From: a virus
Reading direction: 5' to 3' (one strand)
DNA length: 55,816 nt
IMG/VR virus record: IMGVR_UViG_3300045988_105026
Span: 1 to 55,816 of that record
The position numbers and the translations under genes are program-made. Under the pieces are notes generated by a model. That model was not told the DNA's origin, ran no database searches, and saw nothing but the letters and a program-made list of their open reading frames with translations. Within the stretch, counting starts at the first letter, position 1. Every line of letters begins with the position of its first letter. Positions 1-8,186 of the stretch are shown here, piece after piece.

Positions 1-55
1 AATTTTTTTCTTAACTTCTTCTATAGATAGCTGTGTTACTTTTATATTATTCATA
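1..55. repeat. Window-end overlap, copy A (identical to 55762-55816): closed circular or terminally redundant genome
   Basis: Bases 1-55 equal bases 55762-55816, 55/55 identical by direct comparison. Operon structure is continuous across the junction. Confidence 0.95.
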
Positions 56-58
56 TAT

Positions 59-1123
59 TTAATCCTCATTCTTTCCACAATAAATCAAGATAGATAATTC
101 TATCAATGTCTTAGGGTCACTATCCCATTTAACTTGATTATTCAAAGAAACTACAAAGTCCATTACATCAAATAAACTTTCATCAATAAGCTGTTCCAAC
201 TCATTCTCAAGAGTGTTAGGCAAGCTGATATAATCAAAATTCTTGTATAAAGAATACTTTTCCACTTCAAGAACGAACTTTGCAAAATCTTTCATAAACT
301 GTTTAATATCTTTACCTGCATTATATACATCTTCAATAATTCTAATTGCTGATACTTTTACTTTACCTTCTAATGCGGATAAAAATGTTATAAATGTGGT
401 ATAATCTTCTCCACCTATAGTTTTTAAAACATTTTCCAGGGTTAAATCTGGGGATAATGATAAGCACTTATCCATCAATGTGATAGCATCCCTCATACCT
501 CCATTACATACTTTGGCTATATAATTAATAGCTTCTGCATTCCAATTATAAGCCCCATCACAGCCACATTCATTAGCTTCTTCACTCTCCATAATAAGTA
601 TAGCGGATAATCTATCTGCAATTCCTTCATTACTTATCTTCTGAAAATTGTATCTCTGCACTCTTGAAAGAATTGTTGCAGGCACTTTCTGTGGGTCAGT
701 CGTGCAAAAAATAAAAATAGTAAATTTTGGTGGTTCTTCAAGAGTCTTTAATAATGCCTGCCATGCTCCATTTGATAATGAATGGCACTCGTCTACTATA
801 AATATCTTGTATTCAGCATCCAACGGTTTTCTCTTTGCATCTTCTATAATCTGTCTGATATTATCTACACCACTATTAGAAGCGGCATCCACTTCAATAG
901 GATTTCCTTTCCCTGCATTTATCATATTAGCGAATATTCTAGCACTTGTAGTTTTACCTGTTCCACTCGGACCTGTGAAAAGATACGCACTTTGCATGGT
1001 TTTAGTCTGCACCTGATTTTGTAAAATATCTCTTACAACTGATTGCTCTGTAACATCTTCCCAGCATTTAGGTCTATATTTTACAGCAAGTGAAACTTTA
1101 GCTCCTATTTGTCTTTCATTCAT
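59..1123 (-). CDS. dnaX: DNA polymerase III gamma/tau-like clamp-loader ATPase
   Basis: KYRP start region, Walker A GPSGTGKTT, Walker B IFIVDECH, LLKTLEEPP and SRVQRY (SRC-type) motifs. AAGGAG RBS. Confidence 0.85.
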   Translation of the reverse strand: MNERQIGAKVSLAVKYRPKCWEDVTEQSVVRDILQNQVQTKTMQSAYLFTGPSGTGKTTSARIFANMINAGKGNPIEVDAASNSGVDNIRQIIEDAKRKPLDAEYKIFIVDECHSLSNGAWQALLKTLEEPPKFTIFIFCTTDPQKVPATILSRVQRYNFQKISNEGIADRLSAILIMESEEANECGCDGAYNWNAEAINYIAKVCNGGMRDAITLMDKCLSLSPDLTLENVLKTIGGEDYTTFITFLSALEGKVKVSAIRIIEDVYNAGKDIKQFMKDFAKFVLEVEKYSLYKNFDYISLPNTLENELEQLIDESLFDVMDFVVSLNNQVKWDSDPKTLIELSILIYCGKNED

Positions 1124-1943
1124 TGTTGATGTTCTCCTTATTATTTTTTAATTGTTTTATACTAGATAATTTATACCTACATTCTTTAGAACAAGTTTTT
1201 TTATATCTGCATTGTCTCTGTGTAAATTCTTTTCCACATACTTCACAGATACTTATTTTCATAGGTGTAGGTTTTTTCTTAATTCGTATGGGCAAACCTA
1301 ATTCCCTCTTTTTAGCATTTGCTAATAATTTACCTTCACTTATATTTTTGCATTGTTCAAGGGTTCTTTTTTGACCTCTGCATTTATCATGTATCTTATC
1401 ATATTGCTCCTTAGACATTTTAGATCTTTTGCTATAATCAACATTATTATAAATACCAGCTTCATATAGTTTTCTAATAGTATTTGATATTTGCTTTTTT
1501 GTTGACTCTGTGTGATGGAACTCACCTTTTTTCATACAGTATTTTGCAACTCTCGGGTCATCTTTTGTCAAACCTTTATTCCAAGCTGGTGTATTCAATT
1601 TCAATAAAGATAAGCTAATTTTCTTTTTTGTTTCATCTGATAATGCTCCGCCACTATCACCGCCTGCTCGATAATTATATAAATCAGGTGATTCGTTTCC
1701 TCCTAATTTAGAAATCCAATAAATCTCTTTATCATTTAATTCATCTTCTTTACACTCTTCTAAAACTATAAATTCAAAATTATCTTCTCCATATTTATTC
1801 CAAGCATTTTGAAGATGTTTATTTCCGTGTGTATTATGCCTTAATGAATTTTTATGACCATACCATCTATTTATAATATTTATAGATTGACCTATATAAC
1901 ATTTATTATTTACTTTATTTTTAATCATATATATTCCAATCAT
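1116..1943 (-). CDS. Free-standing GIY-YIG homing endonuclease
   Basis: N-terminal IGIY...CYIGQS...RWYGH...N GIY-YIG module. Repeated NUMOD3-like TKKKIS / STKKQIS segments and a Cys-rich C-terminal tail. AAGGAGG RBS. Confidence 0.85.
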   Translation of the reverse strand: MIGIYMIKNKVNNKCYIGQSINIINRWYGHKNSLRHNTHGNKHLQNAWNKYGEDNFEFIVLEECKEDELNDKEIYWISKLGGNESPDLYNYRAGGDSGGALSDETKKKISLSLLKLNTPAWNKGLTKDDPRVAKYCMKKGEFHHTESTKKQISNTIRKLYEAGIYNNVDYSKRSKMSKEQYDKIHDKCRGQKRTLEQCKNISEGKLLANAKKRELGLPIRIKKKPTPMKISICEVCGKEFTQRQCRYKKTCSKECRYKLSSIKQLKNNKENINNE

Positions 1944-1967
1944 ACATAGATTACCTCCTTATATATG

Positions 1968-1996
1968 ATTTTAACATATAACATAATAATTGTAAA
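1968..1996 (-). promoter_or_regulatory. Candidate sigmaA-type promoter of the homing endonuclease gene (TTTACA-17-TAAAAT, TGT extended -10)
   Basis: Minus strand reads TTTACA, a 17-nt spacer ending in TGT, then TAAAAT, just upstream of the AAGGAGG RBS. Confidence 0.4.
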
Positions 1997-2083
1997 TAGC
2001 ACAACCTATAAATATTTAACTATGTGTAAATGTATTATATTTTACTGTTAATGATTCTTTTGCCATTACTATAATTCCTCCTT

Positions 2084-2182
2084 CTACCACACTGGGTAAT
2101 AATTTCCTTTGTTGTCTACCACCCAATAACCTGTACTCCAAGTATTAGTTAAAGGGTCATAGACTTTTCTACCTTTAATCAT
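2084..2182 (-). CDS. Small hypothetical protein (32 aa)
   Basis: ATG lies 6 nt after the upstream stop. Translates MIKGRKVYDPLTNTWSTGYWVVDNKGNYYPVW. Below the ORF-track size cutoff. Confidence 0.3.
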   Translation of the reverse strand: MIKGRKVYDPLTNTWSTGYWVVDNKGNYYPVW

Positions 2183-2186
2183 ATAA

Positions 2187-2522
2187 TTACTCTCTTTCCG
2201 ACTCCTTATATCTTAAATAATCTAAAAATTGTCTTTCATTCAAAATGTAAAAATTCTCCCTATCTTCTGGTGAAAATTGAAAAGCTAATACAGCTTCTTC
2301 CTTTCCTTGTTCAAATGCTTGCTCATCCATTTTTTCAAGCCAGTTTTTCATAATAGTAAAAGATTTTCTTTCTATTGCTGGAGTTTTAGCTTCTATGAAG
2401 AATTTATCTGTATGTACATCACCTCCACCGAATTTTGTTCCACCGGAATTGCTTTGTACTTTTCCACCTGTTACTTTTGCAATATGCTTTTCTTGCATAT
2501 CTGAATAATCTCTAGTTGTCAT
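2187..2522 (-). CDS. Putative PD-(D/E)XK-type nuclease (Hjc/resolvase-like)
   Basis: GGGDV...FIEAK pattern fits the D...E-x-K nuclease core. Size about 110 aa. Confidence 0.35.
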   Translation of the reverse strand: MTTRDYSDMQEKHIAKVTGGKVQSNSGGTKFGGGDVHTDKFFIEAKTPAIERKSFTIMKNWLEKMDEQAFEQGKEEAVLAFQFSPEDRENFYILNERQFLDYLRYKESERE

Positions 2523-2721
2523 CTCGTATTATCTCTCCACCCTCAATTTGTGCTATATTTATTGGGGTATTAGACTCCCACCATGCATTATTAATATGAA
2601 TTGAGTTATTTATACAACATATACTCAAATAAAACTCTTTGCTTGTATCATATTGCCTAGCAATATCCCTTATCTCTTTTACATGCTGTAAAATAAGCAT
2701 TTCACATTCTTCTCTTGTCAT
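2512..2721 (-). CDS. Hypothetical protein (start moved to MTREE... after an AGGAGG RBS)
   Basis: AGGAGGAAATATAAAATG initiation region. ORF sits on the coding strand. Confidence 0.5.
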   Translation of the reverse strand: MTREECEMLILQHVKEIRDIARQYDTSKEFYLSICCINNSIHINNAWWESNTPINIAQIEGGEIIRDDN

Positions 2722-2734
2722 TTTATATTTCCTC

Positions 2735-2926
2735 CTAAAACTCAAGCTTCTTTCCAAATTGTATTGATTGCAGTGTAGGCTCATTATAATGACACGATAC
2801 CTCGGTAACCACTGCAATTACATAATTATTCTTCATAACATCATCATCGGGAAATGCTCGGTCAATAGCTTCAATCAATTCTTTTTTTGTTACTCTTCTT
2901 GTGCTGTTACTTGTAATACTTTCCAT
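2735..2926 (-). CDS. Hypothetical protein
   Basis: GGGAGGAAATATAAAATG initiation region, nearly identical to that of the next gene. Confidence 0.5.
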   Translation of the reverse strand: MESITSNSTRRVTKKELIEAIDRAFPDDDVMKNNYVIAVVTEVSCHYNEPTLQSIQFGKKLEF

Positions 2927-2927
2927 T

Positions 2928-3470
2928 TTATATTTCCTCCCATTCTTTTATTGCAGATTTAATCACGTAACCTGTCCAGCTTATATCATCTATCTGTTCC
3001 ATAATGTGTTTCAATTTTTCTTTTGCTTCCTCATCACTTTCTATTCTTATAAGACCTACTTTTTCAGAACATTCTGGACCTATTCCATATAGCTTAGATA
3101 CTGGATTAGTTAAAGCTCTTCCACAACATAAGCATTTTGATGTAGGCTCGGCTTTTCCTTGTAAATTCATATAATACATCCCTCTTGTTTCTTTTATAAC
3201 TTCGCCTTGCATTATGCAGAGTGGCATTGGATTTCCATTATTCCATTTATCCTGAAAATCAAATGTTGATGTTGCTGGTTCTGTCATATACTTTTTAACT
3301 GTTATTTTATATGACTTTCCAACTTCCATTTTATCATTAGATACATTTTTATATGACTCCAATCCTTTATTATCATTGTTCTCCTCATTATCAAGGGTAA
3401 ACTCAAACGGCTTACCCTCTTCAAAATCCTGTTCTGAAAATCTATGTATTTGTTTAAATATTTCTTTCAT
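2928..3470 (-). CDS. Hypothetical protein with a C-terminal CxxCGR...GIGPxC zinc-ribbon-like motif
   Basis: CLCCGRALTNPVSKLYGIGPEC motif. A second copy of this motif type is in ORF 52203-52361. Confidence 0.55.
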   Translation of the reverse strand: MKEIFKQIHRFSEQDFEEGKPFEFTLDNEENNDNKGLESYKNVSNDKMEVGKSYKITVKKYMTEPATSTFDFQDKWNNGNPMPLCIMQGEVIKETRGMYYMNLQGKAEPTSKCLCCGRALTNPVSKLYGIGPECSEKVGLIRIESDEEAKEKLKHIMEQIDDISWTGYVIKSAIKEWEEI

Positions 3471-3480
3471 TACTTACTCC

Positions 3481-3873
3481 TTATTTTTCCCAGTATCCAT
3501 ATAAACAACATTCCCCACTATCCCAAGTATCATAGTAAATTCCATCCACAACAGCTACAAGATGGTGTGCTACTCTTAGTATATACTTTCCTTCTTTATG
3601 TTCATTTGTAAAACTATCTACAGTTGGTCGCTTTGATCCTTTTTTATTACTTATTCCATGATACACAAAATTATTTGAAATCAAATACTTTTCGTAGCAT
3701 GCCTTTCCATTAGGCATACATTGTAATTCTCTTGCATAAGGTAATAACTCTTCAAAAACCTGTAACCATTCTTTTCCTGTAACTTTTGTCAATGAACGAA
3801 TTACACAATCACCATATTCATCTTTCACATCTTTTTTATTTGGTTGATAATATCTATATCTGCGTTTTGTCAT
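3481..3873 (-). CDS. Hypothetical protein (possible Cys/His hydrolase fold)
   Basis: GDCVIRSL ... HHLVAVV ... DTWDS arrangement resembles a Cys-His-Asp triad. No firm family assignment. Confidence 0.5.
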   Translation of the reverse strand: MTKRRYRYYQPNKKDVKDEYGDCVIRSLTKVTGKEWLQVFEELLPYARELQCMPNGKACYEKYLISNNFVYHGISNKKGSKRPTVDSFTNEHKEGKYILRVAHHLVAVVDGIYYDTWDSGECCLYGYWEK

Positions 3874-3885
3874 ATTATGTACCTC

Positions 3886-4062
3886 CTAAGCGATTCCATA
3901 TTCTTTAAAAACTTTTACCATTGTCTTTGCCATTTCTTTATCAATTCCATGTGCGATCAGCTGCTTTACCTTGTCTTTGTTACTGTCTTTTTCTACCTTT
4001 CTTAATAAATCTTCCTCGTTTACTATTTCTTCAATTACGTTTAATCCTGTTACTTTAATCAT
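3886..4062 (-). CDS. Small hypothetical protein (58 aa)
   Basis: AAAGGAGGT RBS then ATG. MIKVTGLNVIEEIV... First gene downstream of promoter 4105-4133. Confidence 0.45.
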   Translation of the reverse strand: MIKVTGLNVIEEIVNEEDLLRKVEKDSNKDKVKQLIAHGIDKEMAKTMVKVFKEYGIA

Positions 4063-4104
4063 ATTGTTTACCTCCTTTTTATGTATTTGTTATTTTGTAA
4101 TTAT

Positions 4105-4133
4105 ATTGTAATACATAAAACTATATTTGTCAA
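4105..4133 (-). promoter_or_regulatory. Class I promoter cassette, copy 1 (TTGACA-17-TACAAT)
   Basis: Minus strand TTGACAAATATAGTTTTATGTATTACAAT. One of 7 near-identical copies. Confidence 0.75.
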
Positions 4134-4153
4134 CAGTTTTTTATAAAAATACA

Positions 4154-4187
4154 TAAAAAAGTTATCAACAATTTAATGTTGATAACT
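4154..4187 (-). terminator. Intrinsic terminator after the RecA-like gene
   Basis: Minus strand AGTTATCAACA-loop-TGTTGATAACT (11-bp stem) followed by TTTTTT. Confidence 0.7.
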
Positions 4188-4205
4188 TTCAAATAATGTT
4201 GATAA

Positions 4206-5225
4206 CTAAGATTCCTCATTTAATAATTTCTCCAATTTCGAGTAGAAATCTTTATAGTTATCATTTTCCTTTAGATACTCAACTAACTTTGATTTACCTT
4301 GATATTTGCTTAATATTTCGCCTGTTTCTATATCAATTAAAGAAAACCACGCATGTTCTTGCACAACTAATCCCATCTTGACAGCTACATCAACTGCATC
4401 TGATACATAGTCAATTCCTTCAAGATATTTCAAGGTATAAAAGCCTACTTTCCTATCCGGTCTGCATACTTTAGATTTCACTAATGCTACATTGACTATA
4501 TTTCCTGCTGGGTTCTCACAGGCTCTTGAAAGATTATTACCTTTTTCGTCAATATAGTTACCTTTTCTAAATTCAAGTCTTGTACTACAACCATGCCTCC
4601 AACATTTTCCACCAGTTGTTGTTGTACCTCCATACATACTATTCATATCATCACGAGCTTGGTTGATTCCGATTAGGGTAGCATAGTTTCTTGCTAAAAC
4701 TGGTGTTATTTTTTTAGTAAATTCAGTCAATGCCATACTTACCCCACCATAGGTTCTTTCACCTATTTGCTTTTCGTTTGCTTGCATTGATACCATAGCT
4801 CCTATACTATCTAATATACCTAAACTTATTTCTCCACTATCTATAAGCTCAATCATCATATTAAATACTTCTTCCGCTCCCATGCTGTCTGGGTCAAGAT
4901 AGATTATATCGTCACAGTTCAATCCTAGCTTTGTTGCCCATATCGTGTCAAATGTATGTTCAATATCTACAAATAGCACTTTTTTATCTGGAAACATCTT
5001 TTGAGCATTTCCAGCTACATCAATGGCAGTAGTTGTCTTTCCACTTCCATCAGCTCCATAAAACTCAGCTATTCTTCCAACTGGGATACCACCATATGTC
5101 ATATAATTTAATCTGCATGATGAAAAAGGAATCTTCTGAACTTCCTGGAAATCTACTCCTAACTGAATATTTCCTACTTTCATTTTCTTATTCAAATCTT
5201 TTATAATTAAATCAAGGTTACTCAT
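4206..5225 (-). CDS. recA: RecA-family recombinase
   Basis: GGIPVGRIAEFYGADGSGKTT (Walker A), ILDSIGAM (Walker B region) and INQARD...TTTGG, colinear with bacterial RecA. Confidence 0.85.
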   Translation of the reverse strand: MSNLDLIIKDLNKKMKVGNIQLGVDFQEVQKIPFSSCRLNYMTYGGIPVGRIAEFYGADGSGKTTTAIDVAGNAQKMFPDKKVLFVDIEHTFDTIWATKLGLNCDDIIYLDPDSMGAEEVFNMMIELIDSGEISLGILDSIGAMVSMQANEKQIGERTYGGVSMALTEFTKKITPVLARNYATLIGINQARDDMNSMYGGTTTTGGKCWRHGCSTRLEFRKGNYIDEKGNNLSRACENPAGNIVNVALVKSKVCRPDRKVGFYTLKYLEGIDYVSDAVDVAVKMGLVVQEHAWFSLIDIETGEILSKYQGKSKLVEYLKENDNYKDFYSKLEKLLNEES

Positions 5226-5470
5226 ATATTGCCTCCTGTCTTTACTATTTCTATTGCCTTGTCAATTTCAATCACTGACCTTTCTCCCATCAAACTTCCA
5301 TCCTCTCTGTAGTTCGGATTCTTTTCTTCCTCTAACCGCTCCACAACCTTATCTACATCATAGGCTGTCGGTTGGCGATTAATCAGGTTTATCCAATCAA
5401 ACGCTCTTGATTTCTCTGTTATTGTGTTTCTAACATCAGTCATCAGAACATCCGCATCAATCAGTCCCAT
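5222..5470 (-). CDS. Hypothetical protein (start at MGLIDADV after AGGAGGA)
   Basis: RBS AGGAGGA upstream of an internal ATG. ORF on the coding strand. Confidence 0.5.
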   Translation of the reverse strand: MGLIDADVLMTDVRNTITEKSRAFDWINLINRQPTAYDVDKVVERLEEEKNPNYREDGSLMGERSVIEIDKAIEIVKTGGNI

Positions 5471-5663
5471 CGCTTGTCCTCCTGTTCTTTTATCAGACAA
5501 TAATTGTAAGCCATACAGCCATCACAAGTCTGTCTTTGACATCCCTCTTCTAAATAATCCGCTCCATCTTCCATATATTCTGCTTCGCTCATTCTTCATC
5601 ACTCCAATCATTTTGCAATTCTGTTATAAAAAATCCTAGTTTTTTTTCATTTTCTTTCTCATA

Positions 5664-5768
5664 TTATTTTCCTTTCTTTCCGGTTATGATTAATGCAAGT
5701 ATAACAATTGATACTAGCATACTAAATGCACCTACAATTACACCTAAAGCAAATGGGTTTACATACAT
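5664..5768 (-). CDS. Small hydrophobic peptide (34 aa, single predicted TM helix)
   Basis: AAAGGAGGAAAAAAGAATTATG initiation region. MYVNPFALGVIVGAFSMLVSIVILALIITGKKGK. Confidence 0.4.
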   Translation of the reverse strand: MYVNPFALGVIVGAFSMLVSIVILALIITGKKGK

Positions 5769-5791
5769 AATTCTTTTTTCCTCCTTTAACT

Positions 5792-6247
5792 TTAATTTCT
5801 TTTCTCTTTGTCATTCTCTTCTGTATACTTTTCTAACCAATGTCTTTCCAAATCGTTTTGAGTATGTATTCCTAATAAATCTGGATTGTCAAAGATGTTG
5901 CCAACAACTTCTACTTCAAAACTGTGAAAGCTCCACAGATTCCGCATTGTACCAATTAAAAATGTATCTGATTTAACACAAATCCAAGAGAACCGATAAT
6001 AGTTATTCAAATAAAAGACTGCATAAAAATTACCATGTGTATCTCTAACAATGTCATTCTCCCAAATCAACTTATCATTCTTATCTTTTAAGCCCGTACA
6101 TTGACAGATTGTAGATTCATTATTTATAAAAGCCATTACATTTTTCTTTATATCTCTTATATAAAGTCCATCTGGTTCTTTTACGATATTTCCTATATGC
6201 CATTCCTCAAGATGTTTGGCTTTGAATAAGTATCTATCTTCCATCAC
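5792..6247 (-). CDS. yopX: YopX-family protein
   Basis: C-terminal EVVGNIFDNPDLL signature and TGLKDKNDKLIWENDIV core typical of YopX. Confidence 0.8.
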   Translation of the reverse strand: MMEDRYLFKAKHLEEWHIGNIVKEPDGLYIRDIKKNVMAFINNESTICQCTGLKDKNDKLIWENDIVRDTHGNFYAVFYLNNYYRFSWICVKSDTFLIGTMRNLWSFHSFEVEVVGNIFDNPDLLGIHTQNDLERHWLEKYTEENDKEKRN

Positions 6248-6506
6248 TGCTCTCCTTGTTTGGAAGTTTAGCTAATTCCCATGCTACTGTATACCCATTA
6301 CTACTCCATGATGTCGCTCCCTTGCCCCAAGCATAAACGCTTCCATTCTCATATTTTGCAAAATATCTTTTAGTCCAATCCCAGCCAACATTGTCTCTTA
6401 CCAGTATTGGTGTATCAACTGCAACTTTTGACCAGTCGATAGGTGGTTCAACATATTCACTATTTGCCCATTTGTCTACTTTATCCCCCGCAATAGCTAA
6501 GACCAT
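6234..6506 (-). CDS. Hypothetical protein
   Basis: ORF on the coding strand. Weak RBS, so the start is uncertain. Confidence 0.4.
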   Translation of the reverse strand: MVLAIAGDKVDKWANSEYVEPPIDWSKVAVDTPILVRDNVGWDWTKRYFAKYENGSVYAWGKGATSWSSNGYTVAWELAKLPNKESSDGR

Positions 6507-6642
6507 GAGTATTGAATAAACAATCTTTACACGCTAACTCAAAGCACGTTGTCAGCTCTAATGTTACTTTGTTAACGGCTAATTTGTTACCGCTACAAGC
6601 AATATCCAAAATCTTTTCCGCGAATTTTTCCTTATTTGTCAT
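6481..6642 (-). CDS. Hypothetical protein (start at MTNKEKF after AAAGGAG)
   Basis: RBS plus ATG. Cys-containing C-terminus. Confidence 0.45.
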   Translation of the reverse strand: MTNKEKFAEKILDIACSGNKLAVNKVTLELTTCFELACKDCLFNTHGLSYCGG

Positions 6643-6796
6643 AGTTTTTTGCTCCTTTCCCATAATTCGGCATACGCTTAAATCTCTCATATGCCTTATT
6701 GTCTCTATGTGTCTCCATATAAGCTTTTTGTCTATTATCGTTTGAATGCTTTATATGAGCATTTTGAGTGCTATTATTATCCCATGCATAAACCAT
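6632..6796 (-). CDS. Small hypothetical protein (54 aa)
   Basis: GAGGAG RBS then ATG. MVYAWDNNSTQNAH... Confidence 0.35.
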   Translation of the reverse strand: MVYAWDNNSTQNAHIKHSNDNRQKAYMETHRDNKAYERFKRMPNYGKGAKNYDK

Positions 6797-6810
6797 TTAT
6801 TTTTCTCCTC

Positions 6811-6975
6811 TTATAAATTATCAAATTCATTTTGTAAATATTCTTTCTTTTTATTTATCCAATCAATAAAGTCTTTTTTTAATTCTTCTGAAGCAAAATA
6901 AGAAATCTGACATTTATTTAAAGCTTTTATATCCTGCATGATTTCTCCAGCTCTTTGGTAATCTTCTTGTGTCAT
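6811..6975 (-). CDS. Small hypothetical protein (54 aa)
   Basis: ATGA start/stop overlap with the upstream gene. MTQEDYQRAGEIMQDIK... Confidence 0.4.
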   Translation of the reverse strand: MTQEDYQRAGEIMQDIKALNKCQISYFASEELKKDFIDWINKKKEYLQNEFDNL

Positions 6976-7532
6976 GCTAATTCTCCCTCACTATGATTTA
7001 TATATCTGCTATTTGAGAGTTCCATTTCTGTAATTCTTTTATTCATTACTTTTTTTAAACTATTAAGCATTTCATATCCTGCATCCATTCTCAATTTCAC
7101 TTTCTTATAAGCTCTTGAGTATATAGCAAGTGTCATTGTTTCTGCTTGGGATATAAGCTCTGCTTGTGCCGTTTTATCTGCAACTGTCTTTCCTGTTGCT
7201 TGCTCTCTTGCTTTTGAATATACCTCTTGTCTTATAGCTTTGCAAGTATCTTCTTTAATGCCTAAATCTTCTTGTCCTGCCCCAACAAAATAAAGAATAT
7301 TTGCAAGATTTAATATTTCAAAATCAAGCTCATTATCTGTCATATTCTGACTACATATCAACATATTACCTATCTTTTTCATTTCTTCATCAAGCTCGCC
7401 ACAATACGTGGTTACAAGTTTATCAGATATTTCCTTGATTGTATCACTTATACCATCCACTTTTTTCATTATAGATTCAGCAGTTTTTGGTTGTTCGTCA
7501 TTTACTTTTATTCCTTCTCTACGACTTGCCAT
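6972..7532 (-). CDS. Hypothetical protein
   Basis: 186-aa ORF on the coding strand. No motif recognised. Confidence 0.55.
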   Translation of the reverse strand: MASRREGIKVNDEQPKTAESIMKKVDGISDTIKEISDKLVTTYCGELDEEMKKIGNMLICSQNMTDNELDFEILNLANILYFVGAGQEDLGIKEDTCKAIRQEVYSKAREQATGKTVADKTAQAELISQAETMTLAIYSRAYKKVKLRMDAGYEMLNSLKKVMNKRITEMELSNSRYINHSEGELA

Positions 7533-7538
7533 TCGCTA

Positions 7539-7733
7539 TCACCATCCTTTAGTTATAGGTTTTTCTACTGAAAAATAATTACAATCTATTCTTGATATTG
7601 AGAATGGTAAATCTTTATTAATATGAGCTAATTGACAATTTACCCTATTAGTAATTTCTGTCATATCTGCTGTGTACTTACATACAAATTTTTTCTCACA
7701 GTTAGAACAACGATTAGTTACTTTCTCTACCAT
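7539..7733 (-). CDS. Cys-rich hypothetical protein (start at MVEK after GGAGG)
   Basis: CSNCEKKFVC and further Cys residues. RBS AAGGAGGC. Confidence 0.45.
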   Translation of the reverse strand: MVEKVTNRCSNCEKKFVCKYTADMTEITNRVNCQLAHINKDLPFSISRIDCNYFSVEKPITKGW

Positions 7734-8186
7734 TATAATGCCTCCTTCCGTATTCCGCAATCAACAATGCCTCCGCCATTCCGTCATGGTCTTTCTTGCA
7801 TCTGTCTGTTGCTTTTAAATTCACATTTGGGAATAGTCTCTTGCATACTTCAATAGATGTATTTTTATCAGAAGTACAAGAAAATTCTTTCTTCCATTTC
7901 TGCGGTGTAACAAGTTCATAAGGAATGCCATATGCTTTTAATACACCCTGAATAAATCCAAAATTCATGCCAAAATTGAAAGTGCTTGATACTCCCTGCT
8001 TAGGCATTGCATGAACGTGTTCCAATGTACATTTGCAATTATAATTCTTGAGTTCATCTAATATAGTTATTAAAGTACTTTCATCAAAAACATATGTAGA
8101 TGCACTAACAAATGGATTATTCTTTAGTACATGTAATACAGCTATGCCACCATTTTTTCCTGGGTCAATTCCTATATATATATCAT
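7714..8186 (-). CDS. ruvC: RuvC-like Holliday-junction resolvase. The N-terminal codons are out of frame across an 11-nt TA tract.
   Basis: Frame-continuous translation gives GIDPGKNGGIAVL...EHVHAMPKQG...DHDGMAEALLIAEYG. The only ATG (8186, ATGA overlap with the upstream stop, GGTGA RBS) is offset by one frame. See finding. Confidence 0.7.

Noticed and set aside
648-1016. Plus-strand ORFs throughout the track (for example 648-1016, 8271-8822, 38358-38807, 39783-40082, 50830-51117)
   Set aside because: Each lies wholly inside a longer minus-strand gene with motif or synteny support. They lack RBSs and have low-complexity, Phe/Leu/Ile-rich antisense-shadow composition typical of AT-rich genomes.
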